Shown: positions 14,301 to 26,672 of the stretch, one piece after another
Position numbering within the stretch: position 1 is the stretch's first letter
Layout: each line of letters starts with the position of its first letter
Source of the DNA: Selaginella moellendorffii
Taxonomy: Eukaryota; Plantae; Lycopodiophyta
Assembly (NCBI RefSeq): GCF_000143415.4
Contig: NW_003314261.1
Coordinates: forward strand, 2,801,266 to 2,865,265
DNA: 64,000 nucleotides
Reading direction: 5' to 3'
Translations under genes and position numbers: made by a program
Notes under the pieces: generated by a model
The model's input: only the letters and a program-made list of their open reading frames with translations
Told to the model about the DNA's origin: nothing
Databases searched by the model: none

Positions 14301-14826
14301 GTACCCGTGAATGCCACCATCAACTGAGTTTAGTTGTTTAACTGCAATCGTATAACATCAAACAATTGCACCAACTGCTGCTCTAGAGTCAAAGGAGGAG
14401 GAGACTATTACTTTGCCATAAAGATGAATGAAAAGGAAAGAGCAAAAGAAAAGAAATGAAAAAATCTAGAAGGAAAGGGAGATCTAAACACTGCAAAAGC
14501 TGAATCTAAACTAAAATCCCGGAAGGAAAGAATAAAAGAAAGGAAATAAAAAAAAGTTAGATTTAAACAATGCAAAAAGTTAGATCTAAACCAAAATCCC
14601 AAATCCAAGCACTCATCAAGGACAATCAAAAGTGCCCCTCACCCCCACCAATATGAGTGCATGGAATATGAGAAAGGAATATAGAAAATGTGCATATTAA
14701 TTAGCCTAAAAACCCTAGTTTATATATAGGAGTGAGTGGTCCGGATTGAAACTAATTTAACGCTACCAAAATCCCACTATGCTAATATTAGTATATGGCA
14801 TTGTAACTGTATACTTGGACCTCACA
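11307..14826 (-). mobile_element. Truncated, decayed copy of the 17896-22905 gypsy family (5' LTR 14652-14826, PBS ~14632-14650, gag/PR/RT/RNase H remnants)
   Basis: Reverse-complement homology to 17896-~21300 (for example MLWPALHQDL vs MLWPALRQDL, LVDTSLSLSFIARP vs LVDISLSLSSIARP). Many C>T/G>A changes. Homology stops at the end of the 9048-11306 LTR. Confidence 0.88.
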
Positions 14827-16099
14827 ATCTACTACTCAGACCCAAGTAAAACTAAGAAAAGAAATATTGTTATTAATATAAATTATAAATCAAAAAATGT
14901 TTTATAAGATTTATAAAGGTGTTCAATTTATTTGTATTAAGACTAAACTAACCCACACCTTAAGCATTATTTGGCTTAAAGATAAGCAATCTATATGGAA
15001 TTGCTATAATTACCCAATCAATACATCAGTAACTCTATCTATATATAAAGAAGAAAATTGTAAGACAGGCTAAGTGCCATCTTAATTATATTAACTAAAA
15101 AAGGCAAGGTTAAGTCAAAATAAAATTTAATCATAGTATCCAAGCTAGGAAACAATACCTAATGGTTTCACCACCTAAGCAACATCTCTTGTAGAATCAC
15201 CAACAGACTCAACAATTATGCCCTAAATAAACCCCAAGAGTTGTTGTTCTCATGCCCACACAATCCCTCCCAAGAGTTTTTGAGGAGCCAAAAAAAATTG
15301 ATAAGCAATGTAGGAGGGCCATAGACACAACATGCAATATTTTTTAAAATGTTGCCTGCTGTCCATGGCTTATGCCCCAGAAATTCTCTACCCCAGCACT
15401 TAGTCTCCACCCACAAATTCAAATGGTAAATGCTCACTAGAGAATTGAGTGCCAGTAACAAACTGAATCAATCAATTTCCTATGGCACTCCACTTTTGGA
15501 TAGCTATGGGACTCCACTTGGTGCTCCATTGCTCTAGAGTGTTGGCCATAGCACTCCACTAAGTGAGAACTTTTGCAAAAAGGATGGAAGAGAGCATATG
15601 CATGAGTTAAGCACAACAAATTCAATATGCCCATCCACAAACCCTAGAGCTCCTAAGCCTCCATCTTTGGTGTTAGGTGGCTGTTGACCACCTGTTGGTC
15701 GCCTCCTCTGCTACTTCTCCACAAACCCTGGAGCTCGTGGGCATCCATCTCTGTCGCTGGGCAATGCCTCATCTCTTGCTTCCCCTGGAAACTTTGTGGC
15801 TGGGATGAGCTGCGGTAAAAGGAGAATTTTTTATGCCTCCTGGGCCATGCAAACAGACAGGTCTTGCTCACACCTCCTCCTCTGGCCCAGGCCATGCCAT
15901 CAGCCCAAAACCTCGCAAAAATATTTCAAAAGGAAGTGCGGTAAGAAACTGATATTTACCAGGTTACCCTGCATCTAATGGCACCAATTAGCCAGATCAG
16001 GTGGCCCACAAAGTTTGGCAATTGCTCCTTATAATAGTAGATAGTCTAACACCACACTATACTATTATGTCTATTTTTCTCTATTTTAGCAATTTCTTA

Positions 16100-17480
16100 A
16101 CACTAAATGTTTTGTGGTCAAAAGAGAACATGTCTTTGCAAGATGAACTCACAGATTACTTTTGATATGTTCTAAAAGGTGATAGCTCTAAACTCAATGT
16201 CTATGTTGAGCAGAAGAAACCTGCTCAAGTCCTCTTCCACCACCTCTCTTCAATTTTTTCCTACCACTTTTTAGTGAGTCACTGAGAAAAACTTCATGTG
16301 TACCTTCTTTCTAGAGACATGGGAAGTTTCAAGATGCTATAAGGCACCATAGCATAACATGGTGCTCACCATCATCCATCTCTTCGAAAGCACAATGGAT
16401 ACACTAAGGCTCTATGTGTGAATTTATATGTATTGCTAAACTCTTCAAGTATATTAACATTGACCATAGAAGCACGCTCTGTTAGAAGTAAGAAACATAC
16501 TCTTTGCACCAGAAATTTACTTTTACTACTTATACAGCTAATTAGTGGTGCAAGTTAGCAGATTTTTGTGAGCATTTGGTGAGCATCCAAGGCAAGCAGT
16601 AAGTTTCCAGGTATGGACTATTCTTGATCACTAGTGTTTTGGAATTTTTGATGATAGGAAAAGTCTAGGATATCAACACTAAGGTGTTGGGGTTGGCACC
16701 CAATAAAGCTAGACATTCCATTTCTCAACCATTGGCAGATATAATGGTATATATGCATCATTTCTATAAAAGAATTCATCATCATAACTCCAGTCAAATT
16801 TTTCTTTTTCTTTACTCCTTAACCTTAAATAATGTTTAAGAGGAAATCTTAACCAAATTTAAGCTTAAGATTTCTAATACACTTTTGGTTAGTGTTTAAG
16901 ACTGCTATGCCAAAGGCTCTTAAATCAAACAAGAAGATGAGTAAAGTTTTTACAAGACCTCTTATAAACCTGAAGTTTGATATTTCTATGAAGAGGATCT
17001 TGAATGACAAAATTTAACACTGATTAGCTACCTCAAGATGTTCTTCACATCAGCCTTGGTTATTTGAGGGCAATATATAATTTTGATGATATATATCATA
17101 ATTTGGAAAAGATACTGTAGAACATTGGAAGTAGAACATCACTAGTTGAAACTGGTTAAAGAAATCTAGAAGTTGCAAAACCTCTCATTTCCACAGTTTA
17201 TAAGCATAGAATGACTAGAAACAAATTTGGTTGAGAGTGTTGTCACTCTTATGCTAGAACACCTGAAACCTCCCTCAACATTAAGTAGATGTCATAAGTA
17301 GAACTTTTATGCTCCATCTCTAATATGGTAAATTTAGAATCTGTTAGAACTTTTTATTTCTCTCATTCAGGCATTTACTTTCAATTTAATTATGTCGTAG
17401 TCAAGACTTGCAAACCTGTATAAGCGGAGCCAGCTTTTGATTAAATACAAATTCTTGCTTTCTAGAGTTTACAGCCATAG
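16100..17480 (+). pseudogene. Possible decayed spliced gene of unknown identity
   Basis: Several ~45-55 bp GT..AG intron-like segments (~16489-16538, ~16611-16657, ~17328-17370) separate short exon-like pieces with stops; CpG-depleted; no family recognised. Confidence 0.25.
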
Positions 17481-17895
17481 CTTTTAAGTGAACAATATGT
17501 TTACTTAAAGTTAATATTAAAATGCTTACTCTTGATGCTAAAGTGTCTAGATACAATTTTTAGTTTCTTTTCCTTTTATATTATTTTTATACTATTTAAA
17601 TAAAACGAAGAATGTAGAACAGATGTAGATTTAAGAGTAAAACTTAAAGCATTACATCTCAGCATGATATTACTTTCAAAGTGTTTGAAACTTGTACATA
17701 AACTTGATGGGTGGGGGCTATATTAGTTTTGAAAACTTCTTGAAGTTTCTGGGCTATGGAGAACACATTTTATAGTTTAATATATTAATTTGATGGCATT
17801 CATTTATACCAAGTTGAGTACTTATTAGTATATTAATTTATATAAACCATGTTACATTATTACCTTCATTCATCTGTGAATTTGAAATATCCATC

Positions 17896-20800
17896 TATGA
17901 GGGCCAAGTGTACGGTTACGATGCCGTATACTAATATTAGCGTAGTGGGATTTTGGTAGCCGTCGGATTGGTTTCAATCTGGACCACTCGCTCCTGTATA
18001 GAAGCTAGGGTTTTTGGGCTAATTAAGATGCACATTTCTATATTCCCTTTCCATATTCTAAGCACTCACATTGGTGGAGTTGAGGGGCATCTTTGATTGT
18101 CTTTGAGAAGTGCTTGGATTTGGGATTTTAGTTTAGATCTAGCTTTTGCATCGTCTAGATCTAGTTTTTTCCATTTCCTTTCTTTTGTTCTTTCTTTTCA
18201 GGGTTTTGGTTTAGATCTAGCTTTTTGCGTTGTCTAGATCTACCATTTCCTTCTAGCTTTTTGTCATTTCTCTTCTTTTGCTCTTTCTTTTTTGTTCATC
18301 TTCATGGCAGATCAGCAATCTCCTCCTTTGACTCTAGAGTAGTAGTTGGTACAATTGCTTGATGCTATGCACTTGCAATTGAACAACCAAACTCAGTTGA
18401 TGGCGGTGTTCACGGCACGTGGTACAACTCCTCTGCTCTTGGTGCCAATCCTCACGTTCGGCCGGAGTTCTTTCGCGGGAATCTTGGGGATGATGTGTAC
18501 CATTGGTTCGATCACTTCAGGGTGATTGCCACATATCATTCTTGGGATGATGCTCAACGGTTGCGTGAGTTTCCCATGTGTCTCCAAGGGACGGTGTTGC
18601 AGTGGTACAATGGTTTAAGCGCAGCCACTCGTGGGGATTGGAGTGTTCTCCCGGACGTCTTCAAACGCGCCTTCGGACATGCCGATGATTGTGATGATCC
18701 TTTCCAACAATTGCATCGTCTTCACCAAGGGCCATCTGAGTCGGTGATGCAATTTGGTGTTCATTTCTGAAGTCTTTTGCTTCGTGCGGAGCCAAATATG
18801 TCGGAGCGGATCAAGCTAGGAATGTTGTGGCCAGCACTTCGTCAAGATCTTGTCGGACTTGTGCATGCACTTGCTCCTGCCACCCTTAACGATGCTCTTC
18901 GCTTGGCACAACGTTATGAGACATCACCTCTTCCACTTCTCGCTACACGTCCTTCCGCTCCACTTCCTATGGGTGATGGTCCTGTTCCAATGGAGGTTGA
19001 TGTTGCTACTGCTCGAGTCCAAGGACAAGTGTGAGGACGTGGTCGTGGCCGTGATGTTCGCTGTTGGGCGTGTGATGAAGTTGGTCATACTTATTGGCGT
19101 TGCCGTCATTTTCCGGATTGGTGACCTCCATTTCCTGGATGGAGACCTTGGCATCAGCAACGTCCCATGGGTGCTGCTGCAGTGGAAGGTCTGGACACCG
19201 AGATGCATCCGGGAAATGAGGAGTCACGCGAGTAACGGAGGGACCTTGCGCGAATAAGTTAGTGACCCCTCCATATTTCTTTCAGGAGTATCATCAAGGG
19301 GTTCACTCAGCACCAGTTCATCCAGTGTTTACTTTCCAAACTCATTTTTATAACAAAAGGTCTCCTATTATTCTCTCCGTGTTGGTTGATATAAGTTTGA
19401 GTTTATCTTCTATTGCTCGACCTATTGCCACACGTTGTTGTTTACACTTGTGTCCTGCGGCGGAACTAGTTTTCATTCTTTATGGCAACGGCCGTACACA
19501 TGCATGTGCACGGGATGAGGTGGACCTAGTTGTGCATGTGGGCAATCTCGAGCTTGAGTTGCAGCCGTTGCGGGTGGTGCCGAGTCAAGCTTTTGACCTC
19601 ATTTTTAGTATGGATTGGTTGCAGCGCAATCATGCCAAGTGTGACTTTGAGGCTTCTCCCCCTTGTCTCATACTTCCTTATGTTTCATCCATTCCTCTCA
19701 CTTCCATACTTCTTTGTCCCTTTACTTCTACCTCTGCTTCCATTACTTTTGTTCTCCCACTCTTTCCTTTTGTATTTCCATCTTGTTCTGCTTTTCCCTT
19801 TTCTGATCCCTCCGACGATCTTTGTGTTGCAGCAGTTGACCGGCTCATGAAGGAGTATTCTGATCTCTTTGAATTTGACCTATTGTCTGGGGCCAAGATT
19901 GCCACACGTCATCCGATTCCAACCGGGGAAGCTCGTCCAATCAAGGTTCCTATTCGTCGTCAATCACCTAAGGAAATCAAGATTTTACGAGCAAACGTCA
20001 AGGAAATGCTAGAGAAGGGTGTTATTCGGAAGTCGCAGAGTCCTTGGGCATGTGAACCTCATCTTGTGACGAAGCTTGATGGGAGTATTCGTTTCTGCAT
20101 TGACTATCGTCTGTTAAACGAAGTGATGATCCCAGATGTGTATCCTCTTCCTCACACTGCTGATCTCTTGGATCGTCTGGGGCGAAGTCATTGGTTCACC
20201 AAGCTAGATCTTGCTTCTGGGTATTGGCAAGTACCGATGGCTGAAGAAGATATTCCTAAGACTGATTTTCATACACCATTTGGTTTGTACGAGTTCTTGG
20301 TGATGCCGTTTGGTTTGAACAATGCTCCAGCAACTTTCCAGCGGATGATGGACGAGGTTCTTTGCGATATGCCGGAGGTGATTGCTGACTTCATTGATGA
20401 TGTCTTGATCCACTCGGAGGGGACGTGGGAGGAGCACGTTCGTGATGTTTGTAAAGTGTTGGATCGGCTACACGACGTTGGTTTAAAGCTGAAGCAGTCA
20501 AAGTGCATGTTTGGGTCCAAGGACACAACTTATCTTGGGTACCGTATTTCTCATGAGGGTTTGCAAGTTGATCCTGACAAACTTGTGGCTGTTCTAAAGT
20601 TCCCTACTCCGAAGTGTGTGAATGATGTGTAGCGCTTTTTGGGTAAGGTGCAGTATCTCGGTCATTTTGTGGATCATCTTTCCGATCGCACTACACCATT
20701 GCGAGCGTTGCTGAAGTCATCAACGTCATCTTTCATCTGGTCTCTGGATTGTGAGCGGGCATTCGTGGATCTCAAAGAACTATTAACGACTCCTCCGGTT

Positions 20801-22905
20801 TTGGCATATCCTGACTACACTCGACTTTTTATTTTGCGCGTGGATGCTTCTGACATTGGTCTTGGAGGTGTGTTGATGCAAGAGAGCTCGAGTGTGCCTG
20901 ATCAGTGCCATCCCATTGCATACACAAGTCGTACATTACAACCAGCGGAGATGAACTACTCCACGACGGAGAAGGAGTGTTTAGCAGCAGTCTAGGGTTT
21001 CGAGAAACTTCATGCATATCTACATGGTTCTCGAATGTTACTTGAAGGTGACCATGCTACTGTTACTTCATTATTGAAGCGGAAGAACCTAGTTGGTCGT
21101 ACGGCTCGATGGGCTTTGAAGCTTCAGATATATGATTTCGATGTTGTTCATCACCCAGGGAGTTCTATGGCTAATGCTGATGCCCTTTCTCGAGCTCCTC
21201 TTCCTTCTCCACTCACTTCTCATGTTTCTGACGAACCTGTTGTTCCAACATCTGTGGATTTTTTAGATGAGGATTCTGTGTCGTCGGCGGTTGCTGTCCT
21301 TGACATTCAGTGTCCACAAGGTGCAAAGCAAGATCTACCTTCTTTTGATGAGTTTCGCGAGGCTCAAAAGATTGAGCCGTGGATTCGGAGGCTTCGAGAT
21401 GAGTTTGAAAATCTTGCATCACTTGCTGATGACTTGCCTTTCCGGCATTTACATTCTCAATATCACCTTGACGATGGCCTTTTTTATTTTGTGGGGACGG
21501 ATCCTGATGATCATTTACGGCTGGTGGTGCTTTCGGTGTTTATTCCGCGGTTTCTCCATGCCTAACATGATTCTCCTGTTCTAGGTGGGCATATGGGACA
21601 CCGTCGTGTCACCGAGAAGCTACGTAGGTCTTTCTATTGGCCGGAGATGCGACGTGATATTATTCGGTATGTGCGTAGCTGCGTTTGGTGCCAAGCTCGT
21701 AATACTCCCCCTCATACTGCGGAAGGACAGTTGGAGTCAATTGCGGTTTCCCGTCCGTTTGAGTTAGTGGCGTTTGATCTTATGGGACCTTTTCCACGGT
21801 CGACTGCTGGCAATAAGTATGTTATTATTGCTTCTGACTACTTGACTCGTTGGGTGGAAGTTGGTGCTCTTGCTAGCATCTCTGCAACTGCTATTGGATA
21901 CTTCCTCCTCAATCGAGTGGTGTTCCAGCATTCTTGTCCAGAGCAGATTCTTTCGAATAATGGTCCCGCATTTATAGCTGAGGCATTTCATGTTTTGACG
22001 TCTTGGTTGGGATATGCCACACTTTCACGAGTGCTTATCATCCACAATCAGATGGTTTGGTGGAACGGCTTGTTTGGACATTCAAAGGGATGATTGCGAA
22101 GTATGTGAACTTTCAGTATTCGGATTGGGATGGTTATTTGCCGTCTCTTCGGTATGCATATGTTATAGGGGTGCAGAGTTCTGTTGGTGCTTCACCATAT
22201 AAACTCCTATATGGTCATGATCCAATATTACTAACGGAGTTGGGTTTACCTTCGCGATTGCCACGTGCTGCCGATGCTAGATCATGGGATCAGTATTTGA
22301 CGAGCATTCTTCCACTTGTCTTAGCAGAGTTTGCCGAACACTTAGGCCGTGTACAAGTGGGACAATAATAGCGCTACAACTCCCATCATCGTCCACCTGC
22401 GGAGTACAAAGTGGATGATTTGGTGTTAGTCCGTTTTCCCCATCTTACGGTATGTGGTTTATCTAAGGGGCTTCTTGTGCAATGGAAAGGACCGTATCGA
22501 GTGTTGCGGCAAATTGGACCACAAGTTTATGAGGTTCGGTATGACGTTCAGCAGGCCGATCCTCCAGAGATTGTGCATGTGTAACGGCTAAAACGCTTCG
22601 TACAAAGGGATCAGGAGGAGTTAATACCACCTACAGATCCACCGATGCCTTCTCCTGACATTCCTCCGGATCCCGGCCCATCTTCAAAAGAACCCTGATA
22701 GTCTTCCATTATCCCGAGAGGAGGGGATAATGTGAAGGCCAAGTGTACAGTTACGATGCCGTATACTAATATTAGCGTAGTGGGATTTTAGTAGCTGTCA
22801 GATTGATTTCAATTTGGACCACTCGCTCTTGTATATAAGCTAAGGTTTTTGGGCTAATTAAGATGCACATTTTTGTATTCCCTTTTCATATTCTAAACAC
22901 TCACA
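17896..22905 (+). mobile_element. Full-length but inactivated small Ty3/gypsy LTR retrotransposon (5010 bp), no chromodomain
   Basis: 175-bp LTRs at 17896-18070 and 22731-22905; PBS 18072-18091; PPT GAGAGGAGGGGATAA 22716-22730; 4-bp flank match CATC. Gag, RT (LDLASGYWQV, MPFGLNNAPATFQR, FIDD), RNase H (VDASDIGLGGVL, NYSTTEKECLA), integrase (HH-CC, FDLMGPFP, WKGPY). Several in-frame stops. Confidence 0.93.
18072..18091 (+). other. Primer-binding site, tRNA-Ala type
   Basis: TGGTGGAGTTGAGGGGCATC versus the tRNA-Ala complement TGGTGGAGATGCGGGG..; directly after the 5' LTR. Confidence 0.7.
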
Positions 22906-23116
22906 CATCCTAATATCAAAAGTATCTACTTGACAATTTTTAAAATCATTATGATTTTCTTATTCTCTCCTCCCCAATCCAGCTTAGGGTGGAAAAATAT
23001 GTAGCAAAACCACAAAAATAGTGATTTGTTAGTACATTGTATGCACAAAGCTGACAATTATAAACGAAAAACAGGTTCCTTATCTTCAAAACTTTTGTCC
23101 AGCATTTGATACAAGG

Positions 23117-24422
23117 CTATGCTACTTTAACCTTGTAGGACACATCTGCAAGGTGTGACAAGATACCATACCCTGCAACAGTTGTGAGGAGGCCAAGAAA
23201 TCCCAGAATCTGCAGAGTTGTGAAGAGATTGAGCTGCAAAAAAGAAAAAAATCATTAAATGAGGCATAGGTCACAGCTCTACTGAAATGACAATGCGAAA
23301 TGATTATACCTTGAGCCAGAAGAGAAGATAAAGCCCAAGGATCGATGCAAGGCCACCGTGAAACGCAAGAGCCGACAGAGCTGGAAGACCGGAAGTAGGC
23401 GCGTTGCCAAAGTTGATATTCAACAGCTTCATCTGCCAGAGAATTCAAAATCAAAGGAACTATAAAATAGAGGAAGCGTTTTGCCATACCCCAACAAGGA
23501 AAGCGAGGAAGGGAAGGATGGTGAAGGCCAGAAACGTGTAAGAGAGCGCTGTTGGAGGCCGTTTCTCGGGAGTCCGGAAGATGTGTGCTACCTCGGCTTT
23601 TGGTTTGAAAACAGCCATGGGGTCGGTCTCCAAGGCCGGTGTTTTCTTTGACGCGCCCTCTGGAGGCTCTGGAAGGTCGAGTTCCAGACTTCCCAGATTC
23701 CAGAGGAAAGAGTTGGCCTGGTTGAAAGCAAAGACAGAAAAAAAAATGAGCATTTGTTCGAGAGATAAAGTGTATGTACCATTTTGGCGTCCCCGACAAT
23801 GAGATCCATGTCGTATTGGCCCGATAGATAATGCAGCTCCTCTACGAGTCCAAGGAAATCCTATACAAGAGCTGGGAATTGCGTAAAACTAGCGATGGCA
23901 GCTTACCAGCTGAAGAGCGTATCCCTTTTTCGACGACTTGAAGAGAAACAGACGCTCAGATTTGCCATACCGTAATCGGAAAAACACCTTCCACGACCCA
24001 AGGAATACAGAAGATCTCGAGCAAGAAAAAAACTTCTTTGTAAAAAAAGTCATACCTGATGAGCGGAAAATAGAGCTCCTTCTGGAGTAGTGAGCTTGAA
24101 AGAAATCTTAAGCTTTTGCAGGTGGTTTGCGGACATCCCAACGGATTTTTTCTCCTCGAATTTCAACCTGGCAGCCGAATTTCCACTCGCACTCCAAAGA
24201 AAGAAATGCAGAGCAAAATTTACTCTGTTTTGTAGTCGGGGCTGCCAGTGTCGGTGTCCCAGATAGAGATCGCGACATCCGAGACGAGAATGGTCGACGC
24301 ATCCTTGGGATCGGCTTGAATCAAGCTCCAAAGGCAGATGAGAAGAGCCGCAGCAAGAAACCCTAGAAATCCACAGACGAAAATCAGATCACTGCGCCGC
24401 GGATCCTACCTCGCAAGCCCAT
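23117..24422 (-). CDS. RPN2: Oligosaccharyltransferase subunit ribophorin II (short, Swp1-like form); spliced
   Basis: Signal peptide (MGLRGFLAAALLICLWSLIQA), SANHLQKLKISF, NSFLWNLGSLELDLPEP, HIFRTPEKRPP, TM helices, C-terminal KVKVA (KxKxx). Confidence 0.88.
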
Positions 24423-24512
24423 CGCTCGCCAAAAAAAACCCTAGCTAGGGTTAGGTCTTGTTAAACAATGTTTATTATTTAATGGATTGATTAATTTAAT
24501 CACTCAATTAAA

Positions 24513-25855
24513 TTACATGGTTGTGAGGAACAAACGCGTGCACTGTTCTCTCGTGTCTCCAGGGCTGGTGACTGCGAGAAGCCAAGAAAATGTAAGTTTG
24601 TAGCGAAACACCTGAAAGATTTTCACATACCAGTGTGCCCGATGGTCCTCTCCGACTCGAAAATTTCGTGATCGTTGCCTCCCTGAGAATCAAAACCGAG
24701 TTTTTGAAGACGCTAAGAAATGGTACACGTACCTTGAAAGTTTTGTCTCCGAAGAAATGGATCTCCTTGAAATCGTCGAGGAACTGGAGGCAGTAAGTTT
24801 TATCCCAGCCTCTGGGAAAAACCTGGAAAAACCATAGAAGTTTAGAATCCGAGAAGGCGAGCAGTGTGCCTGGAGCTTACATCGAAACTAATCTGGCCAC
24901 CGATCGAGTAAGTAAGCGGCAAATGTGAAAACTTTTCCTTGAGAACATTAACCATGTCCCGTCGTATGTTATGAATCTGGTTGAGAGGAAACAGTGAGCA
25001 CTAGAAAATAACAGTGTTTTTTCTTTACCTTGTCATATTGCTCGAAAGCATCGCGTTCTTCCTGGCTACAATTACGTCCGATAGGAGAAACGTTTAGCAT
25101 ACCCGTCCTAAACTCGATAAAAGTTCCTCTAACAAAACCAAGAAATCCATCAGAAACTCCGTCTGGCCTTAGAAGCTCTCAGATCTTACCTCTTGATAGG
25201 AATGTCCAAATCTGCGATGTAGTGAAGCACGAAATTTATAAATTCCTGCATCGTTTTCCAACGTTACCATCGGCTCAAAACATCATTTTCTTAAAAAATA
25301 AATTGTTTTACCTTGAGCTGATCTTCTCCAAGAAAGCTTTTTAGGCTCTGAGGCAAAAAAGGCATTGGTTTCTTCAGGGAGCAAAAACAGATGACAGATC
25401 TTACCTGGCTACCAATTTGAGATCCACCTTTGTGAGCAACAAGGCCATTCTCAGAGAAAACATAGTCATAATCGTTGATAGCTGAAGAAAAACGGAAGGA
25501 AAAACAAGGAAAAGGAAAGGGGAATAAAACGATCAGAAAATCCTTCCAGCAGTGCTTTGAATCTGATTCTACTCACTGTTCTTGCCAAGCTGCTCCGAGA
25601 TTTTCGACAGATCCGAGCCACCGACGACCCCGACAGTGATCACCTGTTTGCACCAGCCTTAGAAACCTCTGTGGAACAGGGGATTTGATCTACATACCTT
25701 TCGGAGCTCCTGCAAGAAATCTAGCATTTCAACGGAAGCGACCTGGAGATTCGATCAAGAATCAGCGAGATCATGGGGAACTGCAAAGAAAATCTGACCT
25801 TCCTCGGCGGCGTGAGCGTTCCATCCACATCGAACAGCGCAATCACACCCGCCAT
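24513..25855 (-). CDS. PMM: Phosphomannomutase (eukaryotic HAD-type PMM); spliced
   Basis: [66 protein letters not shown]. Confidence 0.95.
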
Positions 25856-26150
25856 TGCTCGCGAGATAGATCTGTGAATACCTAGAGAAGATCTATTCTA
25901 GAGGAGCGCCCCCACGCCCCGCCCAAACCAGCTACGATTTGGTGCGAAGGAATTAAATACACACCGCGAAAAGGTTAAAAGGCAAACTTAGATTAACGGT
26001 TGTGAGGCGGCCACGTAGCAGTACTTAAGAGCCTGGGATTTAGGGCTCTTGGTCGATTTTTCTTTTAGGGTTTCTGGGGCTGAAATCGCCGGGAGGAATC
26101 GTTTGATCGTTTTCTCATTCTCGATCGTTACAGAGTGATTCTGCCGCTAC

Positions 26151-26672
26151 ATGGTGGGATTTTTGTAGTTTTTTCCGAGCGTTTGTTGAATCTCCGTGGT
26201 TTTCCAGGCAGGGAAGATCATCGCGAACTTGCTCGTTCTTGGAGGAGGAGCGCTGGTGAAAGCTGTTGCTCAGGCGTACAAGCAAGCGATCGTCAGTGAG
26301 TCCATTCTAGAGAAGAGATTTTGATCAGAGAGGAAAATATCTGTTTGAGTGTGTTCTAGATGCAAATAAATCTGGCGTTGCTCACGAGACGGTCCAAAAC
26401 CTTGCACACAAGACAAGTAAGTCGATGACCTTGCATGAAGCGAGGATGATCCTTGGAGTGGCTGAAAACACTCCCTGGGAAGAAGTTCTACAGGTAAATG
26501 CGATCTTTGTGCCGCTCTTCTCGTCTAACACTTGTTTTCTCTCGTTTTCTTGCCTTTGAAGAAATACGACAAGATGTTTCAGAAGAATGCGGAGATGGGA
26601 ACTTTCTATCTCCAATCCAAAGTTCACAGGGCAAAAGAATGTTTAGAAGCCGCGAAACGGGCAGGGGGATGA
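26151..26672 (+). CDS. PAM16: Mitochondrial import motor subunit Pam16/Tim16; 4 exons
   Basis: Spliced translation MAGKIIANLLVLGGGALVKAVAQAYKQAI..MTLHEARMILGV..KYDKMFQKNAEMGTFYLQSKVHRAKECLE. Confidence 0.92.
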
